Below, piece by piece: positions 49,030 through 62,720 of a stretch of 64,000 nucleotides of DNA. The position numbers were made by a program, and so were the translations under genes. The notes under the pieces were generated by a model that saw only the letters and a program-made list of their open reading frames with translations, was not told the origin of the DNA and did no database searches. The first letter of the stretch is position 1. Each line of letters starts with the position of its first letter. Source of the stretch: Lama guanicoe (taxonomy: Eukaryota); assembly GCA_013239625.1 (NCBI GenBank), contig MU054117.1:2666011-2730010 (forward strand), given 5' to 3'.

Positions 49030-49315
49030 GTGTGCATGTTAAGGCTATGGATTTCCCTCTGAGCACTGCTTTGGCTGCTTTCCGCACACTTCAGTTTGTC
49101 ATATTTTCGCTATTCATTTCAAAAGTATTCTCTACTCCCTACTGCAGTATCTTTTTTTGATCCAAATTTGTATGTGTGTTGCTTGATTTTTCAAATATTT
49201 TGAGGATGTTGTAGTCGTGTTTTCGTTGCTGATTTCTGGCTTGACTCTATCGTGGCTGGAGAACGTGGTCTGAGTGATTTCAGTCCTTTGAAATTTGTTG
49301 AGACTTTACGATCCA
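49030..49315 (-). mobile_element. Old L1 ORF2 fragment
   Basis: aaggctatggatttccctctgagcactgctttggctgc...tttgaaatttgttgagactt. Confidence 0.7.
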
Positions 49316-49829
49316 GAAAATCTTTCTTTCAGTGGGGGGGGGGGGCTCCAAGGCAGGGCAGCAGCAGGTGGGGCAGGTACCAAGCCCAGGCAGGTGCGCA
49401 GACACCTGGGGCTGATGCGCCTGACCACCCCCCACCCCATGAATCCTTTTAAACATACAAGGTTAACTGCACCCTTTAGGTAGATGACCTCCCCTTTTTC
49501 TAGAGCATGAGAAGTGTGTTAAAAAGTTCAGCTTGACTCACAAGGTGGCCGAGACTCCTGGCGTCTACCGCCTCCCCTTGTAACGCAGGTGTAGCTGGGA
49601 CACGGCCACCTCCGCGGGCGCCGCCTCTCCCGACCCTCCCTGTGGCCACATCTGGCCGTGCGGCAGTTTTTGACAAAGGAACGTGAGTGGGTGGAAATGC
49701 TACTTCCAGGCCTGGACCTTAAAATATTCCCCCGGCACATCTCCACACTCTTCTCCCTTCCCAAGACCAGGGCCGCAGGCGTGCCTGAAACCGGCTTCCA
49801 CTGTGCGGCCGAGGCCAGCACCTCAGGGC

Positions 49830-49965
49830 CTCAGAGCAGCGGCTGTCTAGCTCAGAGGCCATCGAGTCACCTGCAGGGCTTTTGCAAACACAGGTAGCTG
49901 GGCCCCGCCCCCAGGGCCCCACCTGGTCTGAGGAGGTGCCTGAGAATTTGCATTTCCTACAAGCT
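49830..49965. mobile_element. MER5A-like hAT fragment
   Basis: gagtcacctgcagggctttt...ctgggccccgccccag...cctgagaatttgcatttc. Confidence 0.55.
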
Positions 49966-50884
49966 TGGGGGAGACGCTGGTGCTCCTGGCTGGCCTGGCC
50001 ACTGTCAGTCCCAGCTAGCAGCCCAGGCTGCCCACCTGGATGGGCAGGTGGACCAGGCCAGGGCAGCAGAGGGGCCGATGGCGAGACGCGAGACCCTATA
50101 CCCACCCAAGAGAATCACTGCCTCTCTGAACTAAGAGCACGGGTTTTACTTCAGTTACTCCAGGTCTCAAAAAGCCCTTTAAAAGGAACAATGCATTGCC
50201 GTCACATGCACTTACTGATCCCACTAAAATCAGCTTAATTACAGAGAAGAGAACAGTCTATAGTTTTTCCCACACTCAGAGGGGGAGCTGTATGGTAACC
50301 CCTGGCCTCCTTGGATGAGTGGAGCTGTGCGTCCCCCCTAGAAAGAGCTTTTCTTCTCATCGCCCACCTGGAGGCATGTGCCTTGGCCCCTGTCCGGGGG
50401 ACTGTCTGGCCATCACCCCCAGGGAAGGCTGGCGCTCCGCACCAGGGGCACTTGGTCGGGGAGAGTGTGTGCTCCTGGTCCCCAGGCAAGGGACGGGCAC
50501 CGAGGGTGGTCCTTTCCCATGACCCCCAAAGAAAAGGATGCTAGGAGGGTCCGCTAATGGATGCGGTGAGAGTTCACAGAGACTTCAGCAGGCAAGGAGC
50601 TAACACAGGATGTCCCTCGCTACCTGCCAGCACTTAGGCAAGTCACTGCCCCGCTGTGTCTCTTTATCTGCACAAGGAGGAAGCTGGTGTTCTGGCAGGT
50701 GAAACGGTCTTTCAAGTACATTTGTGTGCAGAACCTCTACATATAAAACAGATGAAGCGTGGCCTCTCCAGCCGAAGGGGTGTGTTAATTCTCGCCCCCC
50801 CATCCAAGCCCACCTGATCGCTGCGTCCCCTCCCCACGCGCCTCAAAGCCAGAGCCACAGAGAAGCCCGGCCCCAGCGCGCTGT

Positions 50885-51050
50885 GTGTGGCGCTGCTGTG
50901 AACATTCACGGGCACGTTTTTGTTTGGACGCCCGTTTTCAAGTCCCTTGGGTGATGCCTAGGAGTGGCACTCCGGGTGATACCCCGACTCCATGTTTAAC
51001 TGAAGAGCCGCCAAAGTCTTCCAAAGCCCCACTTCACTTTCTGACCCGGT
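50885..51050 (-). mobile_element. Old L1 fragment
   Basis: gctgctgtgaacattcacgggcacgtttttgtttggacg...cctaggagtgg. Confidence 0.6.
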
Positions 51051-54000
51051 GTCCGCCCTGGGCGCGCGGGCCTGGCCCCGGGGTGGCAGAAGCCCCCGCT
51101 CGCGGCCCGAGGGTGCAGTGTCCGGCCTCTCCGAGGTTAGCTCGCTGGGCACTTGCACAGATGACGGCTGCAGTGAGGACAGTGGGGGTGGGCTCTCAGG
51201 GTAACTAAGAGGTCGGCACCCTTAGGATGCCCCCTTCACAGAGGAGGAAACGCGCTCAAGGATGTGCGACAGCCTTGCCTGAGATACAGATGCACGCCTC
51301 CTCCAGTCCCCGAGCTGCCCTGGAGGGGCCTTCCGGGCTCTGCCCCCACCTGCTGCCTGGGCTCCCGGTGCCTGCGGCCCGGAGACACGCTCTAGCTTAG
51401 TTCCTGCCAGGCCAGCTCCCGAGGCGCAGCTGCTCCCAGTTTCTGCCGCCACATCGGCTTCTCTGATTCCCGCCCAGCACCTCCGCCCTGCTCTGTGCCC
51501 TTGGCTTGCGCCTGGGGACACTAGGGCAGCGAGGTGTCCCCAGCAGAGGGCAGCCTCTCCGGGATGGTCCACAGCTGCAGCCCCTGTGTGTTTGGCCGGG
51601 CAATTTCCAAGAACTGCTTGGGAAGCCTCGCCGGTTGGAGCCTGCGGAGGACACCGGGAGCACCCTGGAGGAGGTCCTCGGGCAGCTAGTAAACCAGCCC
51701 GGGGGCAGGTGGGAGGGGCTTCTCTCCTCCCCCACCCCAGGCTAGGAGGGAGCTGGGGTAGGGGGTGAACGGCACCTCGGGCTTGGTGCTCTGAGGTTTG
51801 GTTTGGGCTGTCACATACATGGAGGGAAAATTAGTATCGCCCTGACCGGCTGAGTGACCTTGGGCAGGTCATCTAAGGACCTGAGCCAGTTTCTCCCTCA
51901 GCCCAGTGGGAGTAAGACGGTGAGGACCCCCGAGAAAGTGACCATGAAGGCCAGCAAGCACGGTTGCCGGGCAGCCTGCCCCTACCCCCACCCATCACAT
52001 CAGCAGCGCCTCCACTGAGGGGCGATGTGAGTCTGAATGCCTGTGGCTCTTCGGGACCAGCCAGGCTGAGGGGGGGTGCTCTGGGGGAGCAGGCGCTCTC
52101 CCACACAAGCCTTAGTTTCGGTGCATATTACTTCGGCTTACGGACATTCCTGCTCCCGGGAATCAGAAAGGCACAGACGCACCCTCCCAGGCACCAGGAA
52201 ACGAACAAAAGAAAAAAAAGGTCCAAACGACACAAAAACTCATCTCCAGTCCCAGAGAGGAGGATTGGGACAATTTCTCATTTGCTTTCAAAATAGTGCC
52301 CGTCCTGTTTCTGGAGCAGGTACCGCGGCTGAGCAGTAAGCAAGCCTCAAAGACCACTCCTTCCAAGGAGCTGTAACTTGGAGGCCCCTGAAACTGCATG
52401 AGAAAACGTTACCATTGCTGTGCTGAGGTTCCACAGGTTTCAGCACATCCCCAGAGGGGTTTCTGACTTCCCGCCACCAAAAGGTCAAGGTTCCTGTTTT
52501 GAGCAGACACAGACAAGGCCGGACAGTGACCTCCCCAGGGAAAGGCTGTGTGTCAGGGATAGCAGGCTCAGAGACCACACGGGCCCCAAGGACGCCGGCG
52601 GAGGCAGAGCTGGGGAGGGAAGCAGGGGTTCTGGGTCTCCAGAGCCCCGTTCAGCTTGCTTTCTGCCTCGGCACACGGACTGACAGATCTGTGCTTGTGC
52701 GTGCAAGGCTCGTGCATCCAACTCTAAATCCCCGTTTTCACTCTGGGACTTGCATGTAAATCTGTTAGGTCTTAAGTCCAGGAGATGATGTAATTTATTG
52801 AACAGAGTTTGGAAACTGCTAAGCTCCCTGATAAATAAACCATGTTTCTTCATCCCAGATCTGGGAAAACACATTTTCTAGGGACTTATAAACCCTCCTT
52901 GGAAAGTGCTAGAATTTTCTCCCTGCAGGAGAGCCAAGCACACAGAAACTTGTCTTTTTCGAGATACTTGACCTTTCTGGGCAAGGAAACAATGTACTCG
53001 CATGGCAACTAACCAGCAACCCCCGCACCGTTACCCTAATTCCTTGCAAAAAAGAACTTTAGTTCCATGAGTTACAGAGGGAGGATGTTATAGAAACGGA
53101 CTTGGCATCAGAACATTGTTCACATGGGCTCTCTCATCGGGGACTCATCGCACCACCGCCAGGATCATCGCTACCCATTGCTCCCAAGGCCTGGAGAGCT
53201 GTCTGCATGTCCCAGGTCTAGGAGACGGAGGAGGGGCTTGGAAGTCAGTCTGCTCCCCTGTGTTGGCCGGGGAGACCCAGAGGGTGGGTGCCTTTTCTCC
53301 ATTCTCACAGGGGGAGCCTGAGAAGAGCTGGGACTCAAGGCCAGTGCTCCTGGTTTGGCGGGGGAGCAGCGGTGCCGAGCGACAACGCTGCCCACAGGCA
53401 CGATCCTGAGCTCCCGTGGCCTCTGGTTGAAACCAGGCCCAGCAACACCAGGGCATCAGGAGGTACCAAGCATCCAGCGCTTTGGAATGCGAACGCTAAG
53501 AGAACGCCTCATTACTACTGATGGCGGTGATAATGGGAAGTACGTAAAATTTATCTATCGATTTGGCTGCTAATTTCCAAAGTGAGGAAGGAAGGATTTA
53601 AGGACCCAGCCAGCTCTGCGGGTAGCAACTGCATTCCTGACCACCCAGATGGTATCTTTATCTCTGGTTGCCCACGTGCCTCCAGTCCTTGAATTCTTTC
53701 TAAGATGGTATATCAACAATCCAGCCTGTGGAGAGGGTGGGCTCACACCCTTTCACGGACACCGAGGACACTGGGTAAGGCTTGGGAGAGCAGGGAGTAA
53801 TTGCTTTACACGTCTTTAGGCTCACCTGCTTAGATTTACTGAGATGCTATGTGAATCCTGACCATGGGCAAGCTCCATCCCCACCGATTCTGAGGCCAGA
53901 CATCCCCCGGGTTGAATCTCAGCAGTGCCGTCTGTTCGTTCTGGGATTTGGGGAAAGTCTTTAACCTCTCTGTGCCTCAACATTCACAGTGATAAAATGG

Positions 54001-54309
54001 GATAACAGTGCTGTGATGACTAGAGGAGAGAATGTACGTTAAAACCTCACACAGTGCCCGGCACACGGCAGGCCATCATAGGTTCTCATTCCTAGGACAT
54101 TCCTCAAAATGCCCCACATGCTACGTCATTGGAGGGCCAGCAATGGTGGCAAAGGACCCTGTGGGGCTCTGTCCTCACGTGAAGGTCGGTTGGGAGAACA
54201 GAGTTCATCCTCAGTTATGACGTGAAGGTCAGCAACACAGCTTTCCGACTTCCCAGACGCATATATTGTTTATTTTAATTATTTCAGGATAGTCCAGAAG
54301 TGTGCTTAA

Positions 54310-54881
54310 GCACTATTTACAATAGCCAAGACATGGAAGCAACCTAAATGCCCATCAACACATGACTGGATAAGGAAACTGTGGTATATGTATACAATGG
54401 AATACTACGCAGCCATAAAAAGAATAAAATAATGCCATTTGCAGCAACATGGACGGACCTGGAGATGGTCATACTAAGTGAAGTAAGCCAGAAAGAGAAA
54501 GAAAAATACCACATGATATCACTTACATGTGAAATCTAAAAAAAAATGACACAAATGAACTTATTTACAAAACAAAATCAGACTCAGACATAGAAAACAA
54601 ACTTATGGTTACTGGGGGAAAGAGGGAGGGGAGGGATAAATTAGGAGTTCAGGATTTACAGATACAAACTACTATATATAAAATAGATAAACAACAAGGT
54701 CTTATTGTACAGCACAGGGAACTATATTCAGTATCTTGTAGTAACTTACAGTGAAAAAGAACATGAAAAGGAATAGACATGTGTATGTATAACTGAATCA
54801 CTTTGCTGTGCACCAGAAAGTAACACAACATTGTAAATGGAGTACACTTCAATAAAAAATAATAAAATTCTTAAAAAAGGA
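54310..54881 (+). mobile_element. 5'-truncated L1 3' end with polyA signal and TSD
   Basis: gcactatttacaatagccaagacatggaagcaacctaaatg...aataaa 54851-54856, A-rich tail; TSD agaagtgtgcttaa 54296-54309 / agaagtgagcttaa 54882-54895. Confidence 0.93.
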
Positions 54882-55253
54882 AGAAGTGAGCTTAAATCCC
54901 TACATTTACCAGATGGGCAATTTCTATAAGTTAATATAGTAAAAGGGATAACACATACTCAGTCATGAAAAATAGAGCCCAAAGCTAAAACTCAAACTTT
55001 AAGGAGGCATTCACTGTTGCTGTTGGCAGTGGTCTTCTAGTCCCAAGTTCTGCTTCCTGCACCTCATGTCACCTCCCAGGCCCTTGGTTGGTGTAAAATG
55101 ACAATCACGGTTATGTCCAGCCCTGAAATAACCTTCGAGGCCCCGCTGTCCCCCCAGCCCTGCCGGCTTCCTCCTGCCATGCCCCGCCAGCCACTTAACT
55201 GTCTGTGACATCTGCCTGCAAACGAGCAGGTCTAGGTTTGAAAGGCCAAGCCT

Positions 55254-55435
55254 TAGCGCGATGGTCTCAAACTTGAGGGATCAGAATCCCCTGGAGGGCT
55301 CGTTAGAGCACAGTTTCCTCCCCCCACCCCCCAGGTCCCTGAGCTGGCAGGTCTGGTGAAACCTGGAATTTTGCATCTCTAACCGGCTGGAGGACTTGAT
55401 GCCACAGGTCCTGGACCTCACTTTGAGAACTTTCG
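55254..55435. mobile_element. MER5A-like hAT MITE
   Basis: ggtctcaaacttgag...cagaatcccctggagggctcgtt...gacctcactttgagaac. Confidence 0.7.
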
Positions 55436-55616
55436 AACCTTAGCTGCACTAGAACCACCGGAGGGGTTTTTTAAACCCCACGCCCAGGCTGCACCCCAGG
55501 TGAATTCAGCTGGGGTCTCAGAGGGAGGAACAGCTGGTTCGGAGGCTAAGCTTCCTCCAGCCACCGTGCCCGGGGTGCGCTGAGTTGTCAGCCGTCACAG
55601 GCTGGGTCTGATGCTT

Positions 55617-55775
55617 AGGGCTCCGCAAACTGCTTTTGCACACGACCAGCCAGCGAGGGTTTCAGGCTTTGCAGGCCTCTGGTCTCTGCCATCTTCTTTG
55701 TGTTGTTTGTTTTAACCCTTTAAACATGTAAAAATCCTCCTCACAGGTCATCCAGAAACAGCTTGCAGACCCCTG
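55617..55775. mobile_element. MER58-like hAT fragment
   Basis: gcaaact...ttcaggctttgcaggcc...aaccctttaaacatgtaaaaatc...ttgcagacccctg. Confidence 0.5.
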
Positions 55776-55986
55776 GAGAACAGCCAGTCCTGGAACTAGT
55801 GAATCTAAGGACGGAAGCACTATTCACAGTGAGCATGAGTCACACCGTCAGGTAAAACCAAGGTAGAACGCAGCCCCGTCAAAGGACCCGAGGGCGCGGC
55901 GCGGCGGGCTCGTCCCGCTCATCTTCCACGTGCTGTCACCATGGTTTTCTCCAACCCAGTTTTCCTTCCTACGTTAAAAATGTTCC

Positions 55987-56195
55987 CTACTGTGCAGCAC
56001 AGGGAACATTGTTCAATTCCCTGTGGAAAGAAACGCCCATCATGAAAAAGAACGTGAAAAGGAACACACATGTGCACCTGAACTGCATACATGTGTATGT
56101 ATAACCTAACATATATATGTAACCGAAGCTGCACACCGGAAGTTAACACAACATTGTAAATCGACTATATTTCAATAAAATTTTTTTTTTTAAAA
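55987..56195 (+). mobile_element. Short L1 3'UTR fragment
   Basis: ctactgtgcagcacagggaac...ttaacacaacattgtaaatcgactatatttcaataaaa, homologous to 54705-54856. Confidence 0.8.
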
Positions 56196-56951
56196 AGGGG
56201 ACAGGGGAGGCTTCCTTCCACGCTCCTCAGTGCTCCTCAGTTCGCGGTACCAGCACTTGCTTCCTAGTTTGCTTGGAACTTCCCGTCCTCAGCGATCTGC
56301 TCAGCACTCCCAGAAAGTGCTAATTGCCTCCTGAGTATTTTGTTCTCTCCTGGCGCCTCAAGTCCTAACTTCCTGCCCCACCCTCTCTCCCCCGAAGAGA
56401 GAGAGCAGTTTATTTCTTCTGGAGTCAAACTCCTGGCTTCCCTCAGCCTCTGTGTGCAAATCACACCCCCCAGTGCAGTGTGGAGGCACGTGGCACGCTG
56501 CCGTGGTCCCTGAGCTGCTCCCTTCCCATCCCAACCGGCCTTTTTGGCTCCACGGTAAGAACCATTGCGCCCAGAGCAGCGGGGGGTTTCTCTGCATGGG
56601 CCTCAGAGCTCCAAGAGAGGCTTTTTGCTTTTCAGTCTTTTCCAGACCTCAGACGAAATGGACAACACCCACCTCCACCCCAGTCCTTTGCTCTTTGCCC
56701 CTGAGCCTTTAAAACCCACTAGAACCTGTGAGTGAATGACCTAAGTGGACCTTTGAAACATGCAAATGATTTGAAGCAGAAGGGTGGAGACCTGGGAAGG
56801 AAACGGCAGCCTCCAGCGTTTTCCAAAGACAGAGATCACTAATGTGGCATCCAGGGCACCTGACCGGCTCACCCATTTAAAGCATTAGATCTGCCCTAAC
56901 CGGCCACCATCCAAAAAATGTGACCCCCACGAGCGAGTCAGTGTTGAGGCC

Positions 56952-57870
56952 CTCACTGGCTTCAGGGGCCAGAAACCTGTGCAGCCTCACAGGGCCCCGC
57001 GTCTGGCTTAGTGCTCGGCCGTCCCATCTCGGATGCTTAATATTTACCTCTGAACTTGTGTTTTGCAAGTGACGTCCCATGGGATGGTGGGCATGTGAGT
57101 GGAGGAGTGTACGGGCCAGCCTCATGTGACCTGGCGTTCCCAGTGCCCCAGGAGCACGGAATTCCAGGGCGTCCTTGACGCCTGGAGCCCAGAGAGCCTC
57201 AGAGCGAGTACAGGGGAGGGGTTATGTCCAGGACAGAGCCCGGGAGGCCAGGCTCTCTGCTGCAACCAGGGCTCGGCTACAAAGCGATGCAGTCTAAGAA
57301 ACACGACCAGCGTAGGAACCTGTGATACCCCGTCCTTTCCTATTTCTGCTGCTTCCTGCTGCGTGAACAGCTTACACCAAAAATGATGACAGAAGCAAAG
57401 AAAACACTGGCACGCGGAGTTTCTCTTCCTTTCTGCCCCTCCTTTGCCATTAGGCCCGAGGTGGAGTGTGCTGAAGAGTGTGTGTGTCAGGAAAGGAACA
57501 AGAACAGCTGAGTTAGCTCTGTGCACCCTGTCCCCCCAGACGGACGAGAACCAAATACACGTGCACGTTCGAGCTGCGACGTGGGAACTGTGTCATTCTG
57601 GTGATTCCACTTCTGCATTCGATGCTCTGCTTGCAAATTTTACATTTAAAGCTGGCACTGCCCGATGTAAAGGTGAACGGTAAAATTCATGCAAATGTTT
57701 ACAATTTCAATTTTTCTTTACTTACAATGTCATCAAAAAGCAAGTTAAAAAAAAACCAAATTATCAAGACAAGTCAAGAAAGGGGTCATGGAAGAAGGGA
57801 AAAAACTTTGTATTTTAGTACCTTTAACAGGACTTTCTCCTGGTTTTTGAACTAAGGGCCCCGAGCGAGG
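56952..57870 (+). mobile_element. MER45B-like hAT-Tip100 non-autonomous DNA transposon
   Basis: 5' ggcttcaggggccagaaacctgtgcagcctcacagggccccgc...tctgaacttgtgttttgcaagtga; 3' tattttagtacctttaac...tttttgaactaagggcccc. Confidence 0.6.
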
Positions 57871-60800
57871 GGTTTTTTTTCCCTTGAGGCACAGTTTTAG
57901 GGATGCCTGATAAATCCTTCCTGAAATATCCACCCACTGGACATTTGCTGAACTCCGACTGTTTGCCCAGCTTTGTGCTCGTTGCCAGAAATAGAAAGTC
58001 AATAAATGTAACTGTCCTCCTCAAGTGGTGGGGGGGAACAGGATTTTGAAACCAGGGTTTGCGACACTGTTGCCCAAATGTCAGACACCTGGAGGGGCTT
58101 GGGAGAGAGAAACCTCTTTGCAACATTTCAAGGAAGTCGGGCCTTTACCTTCAAAGATGCTGCCAAGTCCAGCTGCCACCCAACACGATCAACCAGGATA
58201 GATGATACTTTCTTATTAAAATTTTGCACTCTGTGCCAGATCTCAGACAAACTGCATGGCCCCAGCTCATTCTCATCTTTTGTTCTTTTCTTTTCTGAGC
58301 CCTTTAAAGCTCTTAACTGAATCTGTTAGTAAATGACAGAAGCTGATTTTTTTTTTAAAAATGTAAATGATACAAAGCAGACAGGTGGGCCCTGGATAAT
58401 GCAGTCCCTTACAGTTTTATGGTCTTTGGTTAATTTTTTCAGATGAAGAAACACACTGTCATTTATACCAAAGTTTGGATGCTAAAATAACTTTCAAAGC
58501 ATGAGGTCCGGGTTTAAAAAGAAGAGGAGGAATCCGTCACTCAGGACAAGGGTGAGAACCACCTCTGGTCACCCTCCACTAACCATCAGAGAGGCACCTG
58601 CCTCATGATCTCGGCAGACCAGGCACCCGGCACAGCAACTTCCCCGCTAACATTTCCTGAGCCTCTGTAACCCTCTCGGGTCTTGAATTCTTGGTATTTG
58701 ACAGCAAGGCTCCTTAAGCCTTTAAGAAGGGCCACCTGTGCACCCCAGGGGGTGGGGGCAGTGAACACTGGACGGAGAGACTCTGGCCAGAGGGGGCAAG
58801 GGGCAGGACTGGCCTCAGGGGTAACCGGGAAGAGGCCGAGTGCCTCCCCAGTATGAAGGGGAGACAGCTGCACGGCCCTCACCTCCAGCAAGCCCTTCTC
58901 GCCGTGAACCTTTCCCCAAACTGTTCACTGCTGTCCGCGGACACGTGGGCACTCCAGGCCCCTCCGCTGAGCATCGCCTCCACGCTTGCCTTGGGCACCC
59001 GAACTCAGACCAGGCATAAGAGACCATCCCTTAGGTGTCCAGGGCTTAGTGAGGTCACAGAGACGCTGGACGTCCGCCGGGCCCTCTGCCCTCACCGGCA
59101 CTTCCCTGATCCTTCTGGATCCTTCTCTGGGCTCCAGCTGTGGCCTGGGTGAGGCCCCCGCCCCCACTCCCCACAGTCTGCACTCAGCTGTTCCCCCCTC
59201 TCCTCCTGGGACTTAATTTCATCTCCTTCACCACTAGACGCCCAGAGGTCGGGGCCGGGGCTTTGTGGATTTCTCGGGCCTGGAGGGTCAAGGCTTCTGG
59301 TGAACGTGGATGTCGATCCCGATCCCCGGGCCCCTCGCCTCCCTCCACCACCTCTGTGGGCTCTGCCCTCTGCCTGTGCTGTCTTGGAGGTTACAAACCT
59401 CATGGACCCGGGAGCCCACAAGAGTCTGCCCAGCAGGGACACGTACAAGAAGCAAGGTCAACGGTCAAAGGGATGAACAGACAGCTCTGTCTGCACTCGG
59501 GTCCCTTCTCCCCATTTCTCTCCAGTCTCCCTCCTCAACCAGCCACCTGAAACACCCCCCGGAACAGCTCAACCTCCTTCCCCACCCCATCACTGATGCC
59601 CCGCTCCCAGGGCTCAGCAAAGGTGACGGTTAACCTGCATTTTGTGCCCAAAACCGGGCACAGCACTGGACTTGGGAGTCACCCCACCATTCACAAATGA
59701 ATTTATAGGAAGAGACAAATGGGGGATGTTTTCCATGGAGCTGACATGGCTGCTTAAATATCCACCGAGGCCTCTGGGCTCAGGAATTGCTCAGAGAGAA
59801 GGGCCAACTCCTCAAGAAAAACCCAGCTGAGCAAACTCCCGGGTGAGACCCACACAGGCAGTCTGCCCGGGACACACCCGAGGCAGGACGATGACAGACG
59901 GGCGGCTCTCCAGTCCCAGCGTGCGTCCTATCCTGTCTGCAGTGTCCACTGTGTCCTCCTGGTCCAGAGCCCCGGACTCCCACTGCTGTACTGCATGCAA
60001 AACCACTTTCACATTAACCCTGACCCCAAACTCAGGAAATTAAAGCAGTTGCAACAAAACCACTACATGAGGAATCCCATGGCCAAGCAGAGACGCCGGG
60101 TGGGGCGACGGCGCTGAGGGTCTGAGCCACGGCCTTCGGTCCCCTCCGAGGGCCGGGGGTGTGCTACTCCCGGCCCCAGGACTGTTATTTCAACTTGGAG
60201 TAGAAAAGGCCCCATCGCCTTCTGACACAATAGTTTTCTAGTTTTATTTTGGTGGGAGGGCCATTTCTTGAAACAAAGTCCTACCTAGAAGGCAGTCTGC
60301 ACTTCAGATCAGCCTCGAGCTGGGGGTGCGCGGAGCCCAGGGGCCTGCCTGTGGGGCCGCTCCCCCTAAAAGCTCCCGGGACCACAGTCTGAAAGACACA
60401 CACCCATCCCCCTTAATTGGTGATTCGCCCACAGACACAGCCTTTCTGGAGCAGCCACTAGCTTCCAGGCGCCGTGAGCCCGCAGGCAACAGGACAAGGA
60501 GTCCTCTCTACCACGAGGCTCTCGGTGTGGCTGGTACAGCAGAGAGAGGTTCAGACGGCGCAGAGTGCTCTGAAGGGAACCGATCAGGGCGATGTGACCG
60601 AGGCTGGGAGGCAGCTACTTTAGATAAGGGGTCACTTCCTCCGTGAGGACGGGTAACGTGAGCTGAGATCAGAACGATCATCTGGAAAGATGCTGCTTTT
60701 AAGCAATGAGGAAACAGATGCAGAGAGGTGAAGGGCCTCTCCCTAGGTCATGCAGTGGGCAGGGAGCCAAGCTGGACCTCATCCGGGTTTCCAGGCTCCC

Positions 60801-62279
60801 CGGGCCAGGGCACCTTACTTTTGCAGTATTTACTGAACAGCTTCTACTACAGGCCAAGAAGCCTTGGTGACAGGTGACACCCAAGAGTGACAAATCACAG
60901 TCGTGTCTCAAAGTCTGGGGCTACAGGACTCTGGACACCCTCCTTGGCCTCCTCCGAAGGAACAGTGTTGGTCCGGGGGGCTGGAGGCTCTGTCACCAGG
61001 AGACAGAACCCTGAGGGTGACAGCCCAGGCTGGTGACCTAGGACAGAGCGCTTCCTCCTCTCCCATCTCCAGGCTGCGAACCGCAGAAGATGCCCCAGGC
61101 AGCTGCCAGTGGTGGCACAAGAAGAAAATCCAGCCGGCGGGTGTGAAGGTCCCGGCTCAGCTGGCGGAGGCGCTCGGCACAGCCCCGCTGCTCCAGGGCT
61201 ACGATTTAAAGACCAGCCAAGCCGGCTCCTCTTGTGCTGCTGGACGGCCCACACAGGCCTGCACACACCTCACCCACCGGAGATGGAGACCTGGTGCCGG
61301 GCAGACGCTCCTTTCTCTGGACGGCCCTGGGGAGCAGCAGGAAGACAGCTCCTTCCACAACCTGCAGACCAGGCCCCCGAAGCGCCCCCCAAAGCCCTGA
61401 CTTGGCGCCGTGGGCCCAGCATTGCCCCTTTGCTTTGGGAGCCCTCCTGCTGTCAAAGCACTTTCCTGGGGGTGAGCTAGTGGGAGCCCCAGGCACCTCA
61501 CGAGGCAGGCAGGACAGGTTGCTCGTCCTATGTTGCACACAAGGCAGCTGAGCCCCAGAATGACAGGCACAGGTACACCACTACCGTCCTAGTGGCCACC
61601 ACCAGGTTCAGACTCAAACCCGGTCTCCAGGCTCCAACTGCAGCGTCTTTCATTATCATCCCGTTGCCCGCAGCCTAAACACAGACCATCCACTCTGGCC
61701 TAACAGCACCCAGTCCTCTCCCCACGCTTCCACCTGCCCTCAGCACGCGGGGGCATTTCCAGAAGCTGCCTTTTCTGTCCGTGCCCCCCTGCCTCACCAT
61801 GTGTGCCCACGTGCCCAGACCACCAGCACAGACTTGGCAACCGAGACCCAGGCTGAGGGGCTCCCCGGAGCCCCGCCTCCTTCATGTCTTACAGCCAAGT
61901 CACGCGTGTGCACACACGCTGGTGAAAACAACGCACCCCAGAACCTTCCACACCTTCCGTCCCTGTGTGCCACGCCAGACAACTGCACGCACGGGAACCC
62001 GCAGGAAACACAGGTGACAGGGCCCGCAGGGCTGGGTCCCCACGAACACACAGATGCACCGTGGGACTCGTGGGCAACCCTGCACAGGCAGACAGATCCG
62101 CCCAGAACAGTCCTGTGCCTGCAGCAGACACGCCAGCTGCCAGCGCTGAGCAAACCCTGGGGCACGGAGCCCAGGACTGTCCGGTTCTAGCCAGCACGGC
62201 TCTGGAGCTGCCACCTCCAGCCTGTGGTAAGAGCCAGGCACCGGGAGTCGGGGTGGACAAAGAGAATGACGTCTGGAAG

Positions 62280-62720
62280 AGGCACAGCCGCGCGCTGAGA
62301 GCCGCAGCTCCCGCCCCAGACACAGCGGACCCCGAGGACAGTTGTGGACACAGCACCCCGGCGCGCGGGCGCCTCCATCCTGCCCCCACCCTCACCCAAG
62401 TCCTGCCCCTGCCCGCCAGGCCCGCGCCCCGGCTCCGGCTCCAGCTCCGGGGCCCCGCGGGCGGGCGCCCCTCCCCGCGGGACCCGGCCCGGCCGCCGGG
62501 CCCCCTCGCGCGCCCCCGCCCGCACTTACCCGCCGCCGGCACCGAGGGTGGGTGTGGGGGGCCTGGCAGGGCCCGCGGGTCCGAGGCAGCGCGCGCTCAG
62601 CCCCGCGCTCGGCACTTCCTGCGGCCGCGCCCCGCCTCCCGAGCGCCCACCCCCGCGCCCCTCCAATGCCCGGGCTGCTTCTCCCGCCTCCGCCGCCGGC
62701 GTCCTGTCTTTGTTTGCGGT
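62280..62720. promoter_or_regulatory. CpG island / probable TSPAN11 promoter
   Basis: Highest CpG and GC density in the window; GC boxes (ccccgcctcc ~62630, cccgcctcc ~62683) and an ETS-like cacttcct ~62613. Confidence 0.8.
62530..62660 (-). other. TSPAN11: Probable non-coding first exon of TSPAN11 (5' end uncertain)
   Basis: Consensus donor CGG|gtaagt on - (acttac at 62524-62529) inside the CpG island; the ATG exon has an acceptor at 43018-43019, so an upstream exon is required. Confidence 0.7.
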
